Shown here one piece after another: positions 40,016 through 51,251 of a stretch of 64,000 nt of DNA (the first letter of the stretch is position 1; each line of letters opens with the position of its first letter). The notes beneath the pieces were generated by a model. The model was not told where the DNA came from. It searched no databases and saw only the letters and a list, made by a program, of their open reading frames with translations. The position numbers and the translations under genes were made by a program. The stretch comes from Anaerolineae bacterium (GTDB lineage Bacteria > Chloroflexota > Anaerolineae > SpSt-313). Location: positions 3,277-67,276 of the forward strand of contig DAOUGZ010000137.1 of assembly GCA_034428955.1 (NCBI GenBank). Reading direction: 5' to 3'.

Positions 40016-42973
40016 CTATTTGGGCATGCTTGCCAACGCATGGAAGGCCGGACGTGCCCCCCAGCCGCAGTCCACGATGCCGAAGGCGGCCTTTTCGTCG
40101 CCGGCGCCGCAGATGGGCGCAAAGTTCAGGTTCCACAGGAACATGGGGCCGACAAAGCCCCAGTTCCGGCCCATCTCGTAGGCGCGGGTGATAAACTGGG
40201 CCTGCTCTCCCGCCGTGTTGTCGGCTGCATACTCGTAGCCGGGGGCAGGGGCGGTGCCCAGCCCGTCTACCGAGGCCCAGCCGAACTCGGTCGGGATGAT
40301 GCGCTTGCCGGCATCGCCGTAGGCCACCATGGTGTTGCGATAGCCTTCCATCGTCGAGCGGAAGAACCAGCTCGGATGGCCCTTGGCGCGGCCGGTTGTC
40401 GGGTCGCTCCAGGTGCGCCAGTCGGCATCGGGCGGGTTGTTATAGCCCGAGGGGTGCGCGCCGATAGCGTCGCAGACGCCGCGCAGCCCGGCATCGTACA
40501 TCTGTCGCAGATAAGTCTGATCGTCGATGGCGATATCACCATCGTTCACGCCCGTAGGGGTCAGCGCGCCGCTGATGACGATGGCGCCCGGATCCACGGA
40601 CTTGATGGCGTGATAGGCGGCCGAGAGCAGCCGCACATAGTTGCCCGCATTCAGCCGGCCGCCGCGCCCGCCCCATTCGTACCACAGGTTCTGCTCGTTC
40701 CAGATCTCATAGGCCTGCACCCGGCCCTTGTAGCGATCCGCCATAGCCTTCATGAACTCGGCATAGGTGTTTGGGTCGGCGGGCGGGCCGGCCACGCTCT
40801 TGTCGTCGTCGCCGGGCCGTGCCCAGGCAGGCGCCTTGCAGACGCTGAACATGACCCTGATGCCGCGCGCAGAGGCGTTATCGACGATCCGGTCCAACCC
40901 ACCCCAGTCGTACTGCCCGGGGGCCGGGTTGAAGCGGAACCACTCTACCTGCTGCTTGATCCAGCCAAAGCCGAGTGCCTGCACGTGGCCCAGGATATTG
41001 TCGTGATTGCCGTCGCTGAGCATATCGACCTGGATGCCGTAGCCAAAGCCTACCCGGCCTGCAGGCGCGGGAGGGGGTGCAGAGACCGGAGGCGGAGCTG
41101 CAGAGCCGCCCGGCTTGGGTGCGGCCGTGGGCGCGGCGGTAGGTGTTGGGCTGGGCGACGGCGTCGGTGTGGGGATGAGTACTTCCACGCTGCTGGCCGA
41201 GCCCAGGGCCGTCTGCCCGCCATCCTCAGAGATGGCCACTGTGAGCACATAGTCGCCCGGAGCATCGACGGCCTTCCAGTTGACGACGGGCTGGTCGATG
41301 GGGCTGACGCCCTCCTCTACGACCTGCCCATCCTCGCTCTGGACCTTCCAGACGACGCTGTAGCGTTGAGCCGGCGCCTCGGCCACCGTCGGGGCGGGCT
41401 CGCCGCGGCCGGCCGGCGTGCGGTTGACGCGCACCGTCTCCCAGATGCGGGCGTCGTTGGCGGTGCCGGCCAGGTCATCGATGGTCACGCCACGCAGGCG
41501 GAACTGCTTGGCCAGCGTGAGCTTGGGCGCGATGCTGCTCGCATCCTCGATCCAGACCTTGTGCTCCTTCCCCGAGCTGTCCTTGTAGGCGAACCAGACC
41601 TGCCCGGCCTCTGTTTCCTGCAGGCCCGAGGCCAGGTTAGCAACCCGGACGGACAGGGTTTCGCCGGGGAGCACGACGTTATCGTCTTCGACGACCAGTT
41701 GCTGGCTTGCCAGGGAGAGCGCGTCACCGTAGCAGAGGGCGCGTAGCGTGTCGCCCACGCGGTCGATGCTGTTGGCGGAGACGACGAGCTGGATCTTTTG
41801 CCGGTCCACCACGTTTACCGTCTGCCGCAGGCACTGCTCCATGGCGCCATCGGGGCCGTAGGCATCGATGTCATTGAGGACCGGTATGCGCAGCATATCG
41901 GCCACGCGGCCGAGGGCGGCCCAGTCGTAGCCGGCCGTATCCCAACCGCCCTCGGCGGTTGGCTTGGGCTCGTCCACACGGACGGCGAGCAACCTGCCTC
42001 CGTCATGCAGCCGGCCGGCCAGCTCGGCGACAAAGGTGGTAAAGGGCTCGCGCAGGGAGGCATCGATGGCCTCGTACTGCAGGCTCACGCCCCTGTAGCC
42101 GCCGCGCTCGACGGCCTCCACGATGGCCGCGATGTGCGCTGTGCGCGCCTCGTCGCTCTCAATCAGATTGGCCACCCAGTCCGCATGGACCACATCGTTG
42201 ACCCGGTTGCTCAGGATGGGCAGCACCGTCAGTTTGTCGGGCGCCTCATCCAGGGTGATCTCACCGGTTACTGAGCCGTCGGCGCCGAGGGAGAGGCCCG
42301 CGATATAGAGTTCGGAGGCCAGGTCCAGCGGTGCGGCGTTGACGGCGGCGATGTCCGGTGCACTGACCCCGATCTGCAGCCCCTGTGGCTTGCTCTCCAT
42401 AAAGGCGACAAGCTGGGGCACACCGCTGAGGGTGGCCTTGACCTGGGCGGTGTCGGCCAGGGTTGCGCTGGGCAACCACTCCCAGGCCGTGCCCGTCCAG
42501 GCATAGAGGTCGAGGGCATCGGTTGGCGTATCCAGGCCGTCCGCGCCCAAACCGTTCGGCATTGGCGCGGCCAGGGCGGCCGTCTGCGGCTGGCCGCCGT
42601 GGGCGTCAAAACGGTAAAGTGGGCCGAGCACCTGCAGGTTCGCTGGGACTACCTTGAGCGCCTCGGCGATGGGGCCCTTGCTCGCGGCAGGATCGCCCGG
42701 GTCGACGGCGGTCATCAACAGTCGCAGCTTGCCGGTCAGCGCACCCTGAGGAATGGTCAGTGTGGCGCCGTTATCTGCCTGCACAGAGCCGCCATTGGCG
42801 GTGACCAGTGGGTAATTGAGGTGGAAGAGGCGATTCCCCAGTGAGATCGGAGGCAGCCAGAGGCCGCAGAGGAGGAGGATCGCGGCGAGCGCGTAAATGG
42901 CGACGCGGCCCGTTCTTGGGCGGCGCAGAATCGATGCGAATCGCGCCTTCCAGTCTGGAATAGATTCCCCCAT
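40016..42973 (-). CDS. 985-aa membrane-anchored multidomain glycoside hydrolase: N-terminal TM, GH18-like TIM-barrel-like region, Ig-like region, PT linker, C-terminal GH5-like domain
   Basis: The C-terminal domain is paralogous to 38555..39787 (EIWNEQN, TEFGW). The central GVSLQYEAIDA resembles the GH18 DxxDxDxE region, but with Q in place of acidic residues. Confidence 0.65.
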   Translation of the reverse strand: MGESIPDWKARFASILRRPRTGRVAIYALAAILLLCGLWLPPISLGNRLFHLNYPLVTANGGSVQADNGATLTIPQGALTGKLRLLMTAVDPGDPAASKGPIAEALKVVPANLQVLGPLYRFDAHGGQPQTAALAAPMPNGLGADGLDTPTDALDLYAWTGTAWEWLPSATLADTAQVKATLSGVPQLVAFMESKPQGLQIGVSAPDIAAVNAAPLDLASELYIAGLSLGADGSVTGEITLDEAPDKLTVLPILSNRVNDVVHADWVANLIESDEARTAHIAAIVEAVERGGYRGVSLQYEAIDASLREPFTTFVAELAGRLHDGGRLLAVRVDEPKPTAEGGWDTAGYDWAALGRVADMLRIPVLNDIDAYGPDGAMEQCLRQTVNVVDRQKIQLVVSANSIDRVGDTLRALCYGDALSLASQQLVVEDDNVVLPGETLSVRVANLASGLQETEAGQVWFAYKDSSGKEHKVWIEDASSIAPKLTLAKQFRLRGVTIDDLAGTANDARIWETVRVNRTPAGRGEPAPTVAEAPAQRYSVVWKVQSEDGQVVEEGVSPIDQPVVNWKAVDAPGDYVLTVAISEDGGQTALGSASSVEVLIPTPTPSPSPTPTAAPTAAPKPGGSAAPPPVSAPPPAPAGRVGFGYGIQVDMLSDGNHDNILGHVQALGFGWIKQQVEWFRFNPAPGQYDWGGLDRIVDNASARGIRVMFSVCKAPAWARPGDDDKSVAGPPADPNTYAEFMKAMADRYKGRVQAYEIWNEQNLWYEWGGRGGRLNAGNYVRLLSAAYHAIKSVDPGAIVISGALTPTGVNDGDIAIDDQTYLRQMYDAGLRGVCDAIGAHPSGYNNPPDADWRTWSDPTTGRAKGHPSWFFRSTMEGYRNTMVAYGDAGKRIIPTEFGWASVDGLGTAPAPGYEYAADNTAGEQAQFITRAYEMGRNWGFVGPMFLWNLNFAPICGAGDEKAAFGIVDCGWGARPAFHALASMPK

Positions 42974-43277
42974 CGTTTCCTGTGCTCTCCTTTCGGAACG
43001 TTGCAGAGGGCTTGTGGTGGGTGAGATGAGGAGTGGGAGTGCCCCCTGATTTCGATATCCAGCGATACCCCGCGCAATGCACGATCTCGTCAGGCCTGAG
43101 AGGCTCCAGTTCCGGGCGACTCTCGCCTTGTGAGAAGCCAGGAACCACGACCAGGAGGATGCTAGCCGGCGGCGAATATCCCGGCCTCAATGCGTAGGAT
43201 GCAATGAATGTGTCTCTGCTTATGGATGCGCGCTATTCTATCACGGGGATGTGCTTTTGACAAGTCCCATTTGTTCC

Positions 43278-43306
43278 TTGCCAGGGGCGGTGTTCATCGC
43301 TAGAAT
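43278..43306 (+). promoter_or_regulatory. candidate queA promoter TTGCCA-N17-TAGAAT
   Basis: cTTGCCAggggcggtgttcatcgcTAGAATagag, 26 nt before the ATG at 43332. Confidence 0.4.
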
Positions 43307-43331
43307 AGAGCCGCCTGGCCTGGAACCTCAA

Positions 43332-44411
43332 ATGAAACGTAACGGACTGGATAGTGTGAAGACAGCCGATTTTGACTATGACCTCCCGCCCGAACTGATC
43401 GCCCAGACGCCCATCGAGCCGCGCGATGCGGCACGGCTCCTGGTCGTCCGGCGTGCGGACGGCTCTCTTGCCCACCGGCGCTTTTATGACCTGGTGGAGT
43501 ACCTGGAACCAGGGGACCTGTTGGTCATGAACGAGAGCCGCGTCATCCCGGCGCGGCTGCACGCGCGCAAGATACCCAGCGGCGGCCGCGTTGAGATTTT
43601 GCTGCTCACCCGCCACGACGCGCAGACGTGGGAGGCGCTGGTCGGCGGGCGGCGCGCACGGGCCGGGGCGCGCCTGCGCCTGGAGACTCCTCCAGGCGTT
43701 CCCGCTATTCACCCCCTGGAAGCCGAGATTCTCAGCGAGACGCCGGCCGGCGCACGGATCATCCGCTTTTCCGCCCCGGTCGACGAACTCTTGGATGCGC
43801 TGGGCGAGGTGCCCTTGCCGCCCTATATCCACACGCCGCTGGCCGATCGCGAACGCTATCAGACCGTCTATGCCCGCACGCGGGGCTCGGTAGCGGCGCC
43901 CACCGCCGGGCTGCACTTTACGCCCGAACTCTTTGAGCGGTTGCGAAAGCAGGGCGTCGAACTGGCCCTCGTCACGCTGCACATCGGGCTGGATACCTTC
44001 CGGCCGGTGCAGGAGGAGATGGTCGAGGAGCACGCCATCCACCGGGAGTGGTGCCGGCTCGACGAGGCGGCTGCCGCGGCGATCACCCAGGCCCGCGCAC
44101 GCGGTGGGCGGGTGGTGGCTGTGGGCACGACCAGTGTGCGTGTTCTGGAGACGGCTGCCCAGCAAGCGCAGGAACAGGCGGCCTCGGAGCCGGTGCTGCC
44201 CTTCAGCGGCTGGACCAACCTCTTCATCTACCCCGGCTATCGCTTCCGGCTGGTCGATGCGCTGGTGACCAACTTTCACCTGCCGCGCTCTACACTGCTC
44301 ATGCTCGTGTCGGCATTCGCCGGGCGCGAACTGATCAGGCGCGCTTACAAAGAGGCCGTCCGCGAGCGCTATCGCTTTTACAGCCTGGGCGATGCGATGC
44401 TGATACTGTGA
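43332..44411 (+). CDS. queA: S-adenosylmethionine:tRNA ribosyltransferase-isomerase
   Basis: FDYDLPPELIAQTPIEPRDAARLLVV and GDLLVMNESRVIPARL are QueA signatures. Confidence 0.85.
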   Translation: MKRNGLDSVKTADFDYDLPPELIAQTPIEPRDAARLLVVRRADGSLAHRRFYDLVEYLEPGDLLVMNESRVIPARLHARKIPSGGRVEILLLTRHDAQTWEALVGGRRARAGARLRLETPPGVPAIHPLEAEILSETPAGARIIRFSAPVDELLDALGEVPLPPYIHTPLADRERYQTVYARTRGSVAAPTAGLHFTPELFERLRKQGVELALVTLHIGLDTFRPVQEEMVEEHAIHREWCRLDEAAAAAITQARARGGRVVAVGTTSVRVLETAAQQAQEQAASEPVLPFSGWTNLFIYPGYRFRLVDALVTNFHLPRSTLLMLVSAFAGRELIRRAYKEAVRERYRFYSLGDAMLIL

Positions 44412-44454
44412 CCGGCCGGTCTGGCGGGTCTCCGAGACCCGTCAGACCTCTGGG

Positions 44455-45126
44455 CTACCCGCGCCAGGTGCGGTAGCGCAGGATGGCACGCAGGGCGGGC
44501 AGGCCGTCGCGCCAGGGGGAGAGTTTCTTGGCCTGGCGGGGCTTGTACGAGATCGGGACTTCATGGATGGCATAGCCTCGGCGGGCGATCTTGGCGGTAA
44601 TCTCGGGTTCCAGGTCAAAGCGCTGGCACTCGATATTCAGCCCCCGCGCGACCTCGGCTCGCATCATCTTGTAGCCGGTTTCCATATCGTGGATGTGCAG
44701 CCCATAGACCAGGTTGGTTAGCCAGGTGAGGAAGCGGTTGCCGAACTGGATGTGCGGCTTTTGGCCGGCGAAGGAGCGGACGCCGTAGACGACTTTGGCC
44801 TGCCCGGCGACGATGGGCTCGAGCAGTCTGGGCAGGTCGGCGGGGTCGTACTCCAGGTCCGCATCCTGGGTGACGAGGCACTCGCCCGTCGCCGCCTCCA
44901 TGGCCGTGCGGATGCCGGCACCCTTGCCCCGATTCAGCGGGTGGCGGATCACGCGCAGGTCGGGGATCTCTTGCTGCAACTCGGCCAGAATCTCGGGCGT
45001 GCGGTCGCCGGAGCAATCGTCGACGACGATTATCTCCTTATCGATCGGAACGCGAGCTACCCGGCGAATGACCTCCGCGACCCCGGCTTCTTCGTTGTAC
45101 ACGGGTATCAGCACTGAGAGCTTCAT
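44455..45126 (-). CDS. GT2 family glycosyltransferase (dolichyl/polyprenyl-phosphate sugar transferase-like)
   Basis: KLSVLIPVYNEE, VVDDCSGDRT and QDADLEYDP (the DXD region). Confidence 0.8.
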   Translation of the reverse strand: MKLSVLIPVYNEEAGVAEVIRRVARVPIDKEIIVVDDCSGDRTPEILAELQQEIPDLRVIRHPLNRGKGAGIRTAMEAATGECLVTQDADLEYDPADLPRLLEPIVAGQAKVVYGVRSFAGQKPHIQFGNRFLTWLTNLVYGLHIHDMETGYKMMRAEVARGLNIECQRFDLEPEITAKIARRGYAIHEVPISYKPRQAKKLSPWRDGLPALRAILRYRTWRG

Positions 45127-45943
45127 GATCTGCCCCTTCCGCGGCATGGGCTACCTGGTGCCCCTCCTGTGCGCCGGCAATGGGCCGGCTCTTTTGATGA
45201 CCATATGTGCGTTTGCCGCCGAGCCGCGGGAGGCGGCTGCGCCAGAGGCGCAGCACGGTGCCGATAGCCCGCCAGATCTCGCTGCGTGAGATCTTGGACG
45301 CACCGCGGCGGCGATTGACAAACAGGATGGGCACCTCGCCCACCCGAAAGCCTGCTCTCTGCACCATGTAGAGCATCTCGACGAGGAACGAGTAGCCCTC
45401 CGACCGGATGCCGGCGAGGTCAATCCACTCCAGGACCTCGCGCCGGTAGCAGCGAAAGCCGGCTGTGCAATCGTGCGCTTTGAGCCCCAGCATCACCTTG
45501 GCAAAGAGGTTGGCCCCGCGGCTGAGGGCAATCCGCCAGCCGACACAGTCCCTGGCGCCACCGCCGCGCACATAGCGCGAGCCGATGACCAGGTCGTGGT
45601 TGGCGGCCTTGGCCAGCATGGCCGGGATGTAGCGCGGGTCGTGCGAGAAATCGGCATCCATGGTCAACACGAGCGGCGCGCCCATCTCCAGCGCCAGGGC
45701 ATAGCCGGCCCGGTAAGCCGTCCCCAGCCCCAGTTTTCCGGGGCGATGGATGACACGTATCTCCGCATGCTGGGCGGCCAGGCGGTCGGCCGCCTGGCCC
45801 GTGCCGTCGGGCGAGTTGTCGTCAACAACGATGATCCCCAGGCCGGCCCGGAGGCCCAAAATCCCCTCTACGAGCGGCTCGAGGTTTTCGATCTCATTGT
45901 AGGTGGGTATGATAGCTACCGCCTGCATGGGCGGGCGATCCAT
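45038..45943 (-). CDS. GT2 family polyprenol-phosphate mannose/glucose synthase-like glycosyltransferase
   Basis: AVAIIPTYNEIENL, VVDDNSPDGT and MDADFSHDP. The start is 45943 or 45928. The annotated 3' end overlaps the downstream GT2 by about 88 nt. Confidence 0.7.
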   Translation of the reverse strand: MDRPPMQAVAIIPTYNEIENLEPLVEGILGLRAGLGIIVVDDNSPDGTGQAADRLAAQHAEIRVIHRPGKLGLGTAYRAGYALALEMGAPLVLTMDADFSHDPRYIPAMLAKAANHDLVIGSRYVRGGGARDCVGWRIALSRGANLFAKVMLGLKAHDCTAGFRCYRREVLEWIDLAGIRSEGYSFLVEMLYMVQRAGFRVGEVPILFVNRRRGASKISRSEIWRAIGTVLRLWRSRLPRLGGKRTYGHQKSRPIAGAQEGHQVAHAAEGADHEALSADTRVQRRSRGRGGHSPGSSRSDR

Positions 45944-46177
45944 GGCTTGCGCCAAGGTATCCTCCTGCGTGCCCTCTAGATTGGAAATCTGGACGTGTGC
46001 AGCGCGAGGTCCATCCCGGCGCAGCGCATGCCAGCAAGCGGAAATCATAGCATGGGGAGTGCAGGCGGTCAAATTGGCTTGGGGGTGCGTGGGGCGGCAT
46101 GCCGGAAACAGCAGAGCGGGCACGAGGCCCGCTCTGAAGGTGTGCAAACAGCCCGAGGCCGGTGCGGCCTCTTCCGC

Positions 46178-46642
46178 CTACTCGGCGGCCTGGCGCGCCT
46201 CGTTGTGGCGGTAGCTGCAATCGGCAGCGAGGAGTATCTGGCGCACATATTCGTGGCTGATACGGTCGACGATGCGCTGCTTCTCGGCCTGCTCCGCCAG
46301 GCGGTGGAGGGTCCACTTGGTAAAGTTCAGGCCCAGGTCTCTGGGGCGCTGCTCGGCCAAGGCAACGATCCGCTGCTTCTGCTCCTCGCTAAAGCGCGGC
46401 TTGGCGCCCCCAGAGCGGGTGCTGATGAGCCCACGGCAGCCGTTGCGATTGAAGCGATGAATCCATTTGCGCAGGTTCGCGGGATGAGCGCCCACCAACT
46501 CGCCGATCTCGGGAATGCGGTATCCGTCGCTGGAGAGGAGAACCACCCGTGCTCGGTGCTTGAGGTCGGGCTCATCGCCCTCCAGCCAGTCTCTGAGAGT
46601 CTCTTGCTCGGTATCGGTCAGATCGCGCGCGTAGAGTACCAT
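46178..46642 (-). mobile_element. IS630/Tc1-mariner-family transposase N-terminal HTH fragment (decayed IS; no DDE domain present)
   Basis: Paired HTH regions (RIPEIGELVGAHPANLRKWIHRFNRNG...; FSEEQKQRIVALAEQRP) are typical of IS630 OrfA. No catalytic DDE ORF follows. An AT-rich tract lies upstream (46.7-47.0 kb). Confidence 0.5.
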
Positions 46643-47022
46643 TGCCAGGCCTCCCCAATGGCCCAATGTGCCTGCTCGCCAGGCATAAGGTGATAAGGCG
46701 GCTGCATTCACCGGGCGAGTGCTTGCTCAGTTCATCGTGCTTTACATGCTCTATGTCGCATGTCGGACCCTTGAACCTGCGTATTGCACCGGCGACAGCG
46801 CTTCCGAAAATACGCAGGTATTATAGGCACAGTAGATGAAAATGTGATGAACGCGCTTGAAGAACAGGCTTACAATTCGTTCATGAATAGTTGAAGAAAA
46901 GGCTGCGCAGATCCCCTGAGGGAATGCAGGTGCCGGAGGGGAGCGTTTGTCCTTGTGTGGCGCCACTGCCTGTGGCATAATGCGCTCATCAACGGCAAGC
47001 CGTGGAGAAGGAGCGGAGTAAA

Positions 47023-47568
47023 ATGGCCCATGCCAATGGTGATCTCAGCAAGGGTGTTTTCCCCGTTGCGCAGAAGGCCTTCACGGGCGGCTGCTTTGGC
47101 TGCCTCGGTGTCGCGTCCGGCGCCTTTGTGGTGTTCCTGGTCGCATTTGTCTTGTTCCAATCGCCATTCGTGGCGCTGTTCAAGGCCGTGTCTTTGCCGA
47201 TTGTGATCAGCATCGAGCCGGGGCCCAGCCTCTCGCTGCCCGCGGTGCAGGTGACGGCGATCGAGGTCTTTGTCACCAGCGAGAATCGGCCCGGCGGCGC
47301 ACGGGTCACCGAGGTCAAGGTTCCCGTCCAGCAGCCGCTCTTCGTCTGCGTGCGCAACACGCCGGGCGAAAAGACGCGCTTTCGGGTGCGCATCGTTCTG
47401 CCCAACGGCGAAGTGGTACCCTTTGGCGAGTTCGATACCGACCCCAGCGGCAGCCCAGTATGCCTGGGGGCACTGAGCCAACTGCCCAACGTGCCGGGCA
47501 TCGTGCGCATCGAGGCCGTCATCGGCACGGCGGTGGTCGGCAGTACGACGATTGTGGTGGTGCCCTGA
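47023..47568 (+). CDS. hypothetical membrane-anchored protein with a beta-sandwich ectodomain
   Basis: RBS gaaggagcggag before the ATG at 47023. An N-terminal TM (GAFVVFLVAFVLF) is followed by beta-rich sequence. Confidence 0.45.
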   Translation: MAHANGDLSKGVFPVAQKAFTGGCFGCLGVASGAFVVFLVAFVLFQSPFVALFKAVSLPIVISIEPGPSLSLPAVQVTAIEVFVTSENRPGGARVTEVKVPVQQPLFVCVRNTPGEKTRFRVRIVLPNGEVVPFGEFDTDPSGSPVCLGALSQLPNVPGIVRIEAVIGTAVVGSTTIVVVP

Positions 47569-47600
47569 CGCGCCCAACGGCTGCGGCAGGCTGCTGGAAC

Positions 47601-47700
47601 GTGTGTTCAAACCCAGCCGAGGCGGCTCCCACCCTTGCTCAGAGCGTAGCGGAGGGCAAGGGTGGGAGCCGCCTCGGCTAGTATGCAGACACAAGCTAGC
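47601..47700. repeat. REP-like nested palindromic element, copy 1 (contains a 24-bp perfect-stem hairpin); acts as a convergent terminator
   Basis: gtgtgttcaaacccagccg + [aggcggctcccacccttgc-loop-gcaagggtgggagccg] + cctcggctagtatgcagacacaagc. The outer and inner stems are complementary. Confidence 0.55.
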
Positions 47701-47995
47701 GCCGGAACCCGGGCACTTGCGCCTCTTGCACCTCGTGACGGGTCATCTCTTCGGGCGTGGATGCGTAATGCGAGGGGGTCACCTCCTCGGTGCGCATCCT
47801 CTCGCGGCCGGCCGGCTCTAGGGGCGTGATGAGGGCCAGGATGAGGTAGGCCGCCAGGCCGCTGCCGGCGCCTGCAAAGGTAAAGGCCACAAAGGCCAGG
47901 CGCACGAGGGTTGGGTCTACGTCAAAATACTCGGCAATGCCGCCGGCCACACCGGCGACCATGCGCTCATCGCGTGAGCGGTAGAGTCTCTTCAT
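47696..47995 (-). CDS. PspC domain protein
   Basis: The PspC N-terminal motif LYRSRDERMVAGVAGGIAEYFDVDPTLVRLAFV. RBS gggaggag. Confidence 0.7.
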   Translation of the reverse strand: MKRLYRSRDERMVAGVAGGIAEYFDVDPTLVRLAFVAFTFAGAGSGLAAYLILALITPLEPAGRERMRTEEVTPSHYASTPEEMTRHEVQEAQVPGFRR

Positions 47996-48099
47996 CCTCG
48001 CTTGCTCCTCCCATTCGCCGGCTGCCTCGCGGCGGGGCAGCCGGGCTTTTCAGCCCCTTCTCTAGCAAGTTCCGGTCCTCGTGCTGTGCCGCATTATTA

Positions 48100-48150
48100 G
48101 GTTGTGTTTTCAAACCCAGCCGCCTCGGCTAGTATGCAAACACAACCTAG
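48100..48150. repeat. REP-like palindromic element, copy 2 (lacks the 50-bp inner hairpin of copy 1)
   Basis: ggttgtgttttcaaacccagccgcctcggctagtatgcaaacacaacc. The flanks match copy 1. Confidence 0.55.
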
Positions 48151-48734
48151 ATTGGGCATTGGCCTGCACGGACCTCCATATCGTAGTGGAGGAGGTAGAG
48201 CAGGCCGTTGCGGCGCCGGAAGTAGGTGCGCAGGTGCCGGTAGCGCGGGTCATTGAGGAGGGGGAGGGCATCGTCCTCCTCGATGGGCCGGAATCGCCGA
48301 CCGGTGATGCGAAAACCACAGTGCTCATAGGCTCTGCGGGCGCGAGGGTTGGTGGCGGCCACACTCAGGCGCAGCGAGGCGCAGCGGCGTTCGGTAAAGA
48401 GGTAGCGCAGCAGGGTGCGCAGGGCATCCGTCCCCAGGCCCTGGCCGACGAAATCGGCACCCATAAAGATGCTGAGCAAGGGCGAGCCGCCCTCGCCTAC
48501 ACCGAGAAGGCCGATGATGCCGATGACCTGCCCCGGCTCGTTGAGAATGGCCAGGCGCAGCAGCGCCGGGTCGGTGGATTCGAGTGCGTGCCAGATATCC
48601 TTGCCCAGACCCTGCCAGGGGAAGCGATTCCAAGGAGCGAAGAGGGGGTTGGTGAAAGGGGTCCACGCTTCGACTCTATCCAGGTCGGCCCGGTCCAGCG
48701 GGCGCAGGCTCACCCGTTCGCCGTGTAAGAGCAT
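48147..48734 (-). CDS. GNAT family N-acetyltransferase
   Basis: Acetyl-CoA binding motif A (QGLGTDALRTLLRYLF) and the RAYEHCGFR C-terminal motif. Confidence 0.8.
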   Translation of the reverse strand: MLLHGERVSLRPLDRADLDRVEAWTPFTNPLFAPWNRFPWQGLGKDIWHALESTDPALLRLAILNEPGQVIGIIGLLGVGEGGSPLLSIFMGADFVGQGLGTDALRTLLRYLFTERRCASLRLSVAATNPRARRAYEHCGFRITGRRFRPIEEDDALPLLNDPRYRHLRTYFRRRNGLLYLLHYDMEVRAGQCPI

Positions 48735-48841
48735 GGCGCCATCCCTTCCAAAAGCCCTCTGCCGGCGCCCACACAGCAGGCCAGCAGAGGCGACCTGAAA
48801 GCGAGTCTAGCACTGCGGCCGGGGCCTGTCAATGCACCCGT

Positions 48842-49792
48842 TTACGAGTTCCCCAGGCTGACGAGCAGCACGGCTCCCAGGGCGACGGCCATGCCGGCCC
48901 GCCCCCACCGACCCATCGGCTCGCGCCAGGCCAGCAGGCCCAGGCCACTGGTGATGAGCAGGGTGCCGGCGGTCATCAAGGGGTAGACGATGATGCCCGG
49001 CAGTTGCTCCAGGACGTAGACGGTGAGCAGGTTGGTGCCGGCGTTGACCAGACCGAGGGCGACACCCCAGGCCACGTCCTGCCGGCGGGGGCGCAGGGGG
49101 CCGAGCCACTCCGGCAGGAAGGTAAGCGCGGCCGCGCCAAAGAGCAGGGTCAGGTAGAGGCGGCTTTCACCGGCCGGCGCCAGCTCGGCGAACGCCTTGG
49201 GCGCCAGGGAGCAGGCGCCCTGCAAGAGGAAGAGGAGGCTCAGGAACAACAGGGGCATCTGCTCCGTCTTTACCGGAGCGGCGGGTGCCTCGGCCGCCTG
49301 GGCCTTGTCCGTAGCCAGGAGGGTGAGGGCGCCCAGGCCCAAGGCAATGCCCAGGATCTGCAGCGCGCCGGGCTGCTCGCCCCAGGCCAGCACCGAGAAG
49401 GCGAGCGGGATGATTACCGCCAGTTGCATGACGGCTGAGGGCACGGCCAGACCCTTGCGCCGCATGGAAGCGTTGATGATACGAAAGTTTAGCGCATAGG
49501 CCAGGCCCGCCGGCACGGCCAGCTGCCAGGTGCGCGAGCTGAGGTGTACGGGGCCCTGGCTGAGGGCCAGCAGGGCGTTGAACGTCGCCGCGACGATATA
49601 GTTCACGGCGCCTACCCAGAGCACGCGGTATCCGCGCCGCTGGGCATGGCGAACGATCACCCCAAAGAGCGCATGGGTCGCAGGCACAAAGGGCAAAAGG
49701 AGTGAAGCCAGCACCGGGCGGTGTCCCTTTCTATGCTTCGCGCTGTTCGCGGGGAGGGATGCTTCGAGACTCTCAAAGCACCCCTCCCCCAA
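48842..49792 (-). CDS. EamA/DMT family transporter
   Basis: Ten predicted TM helices and two EamA repeats. The start is uncertain. Confidence 0.65.
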   Translation of the reverse strand: MGEGCFESLEASLPANSAKHRKGHRPVLASLLLPFVPATHALFGVIVRHAQRRGYRVLWVGAVNYIVAATFNALLALSQGPVHLSSRTWQLAVPAGLAYALNFRIINASMRRKGLAVPSAVMQLAVIIPLAFSVLAWGEQPGALQILGIALGLGALTLLATDKAQAAEAPAAPVKTEQMPLLFLSLLFLLQGACSLAPKAFAELAPAGESRLYLTLLFGAAALTFLPEWLGPLRPRRQDVAWGVALGLVNAGTNLLTVYVLEQLPGIIVYPLMTAGTLLITSGLGLLAWREPMGRWGRAGMAVALGAVLLVSLGNS

Positions 49793-49803
49793 GGGGCAAG
49801 CGG

Positions 49804-51245
<1,442 letters not shown>

Positions 51246-51251
51246 GTTATG

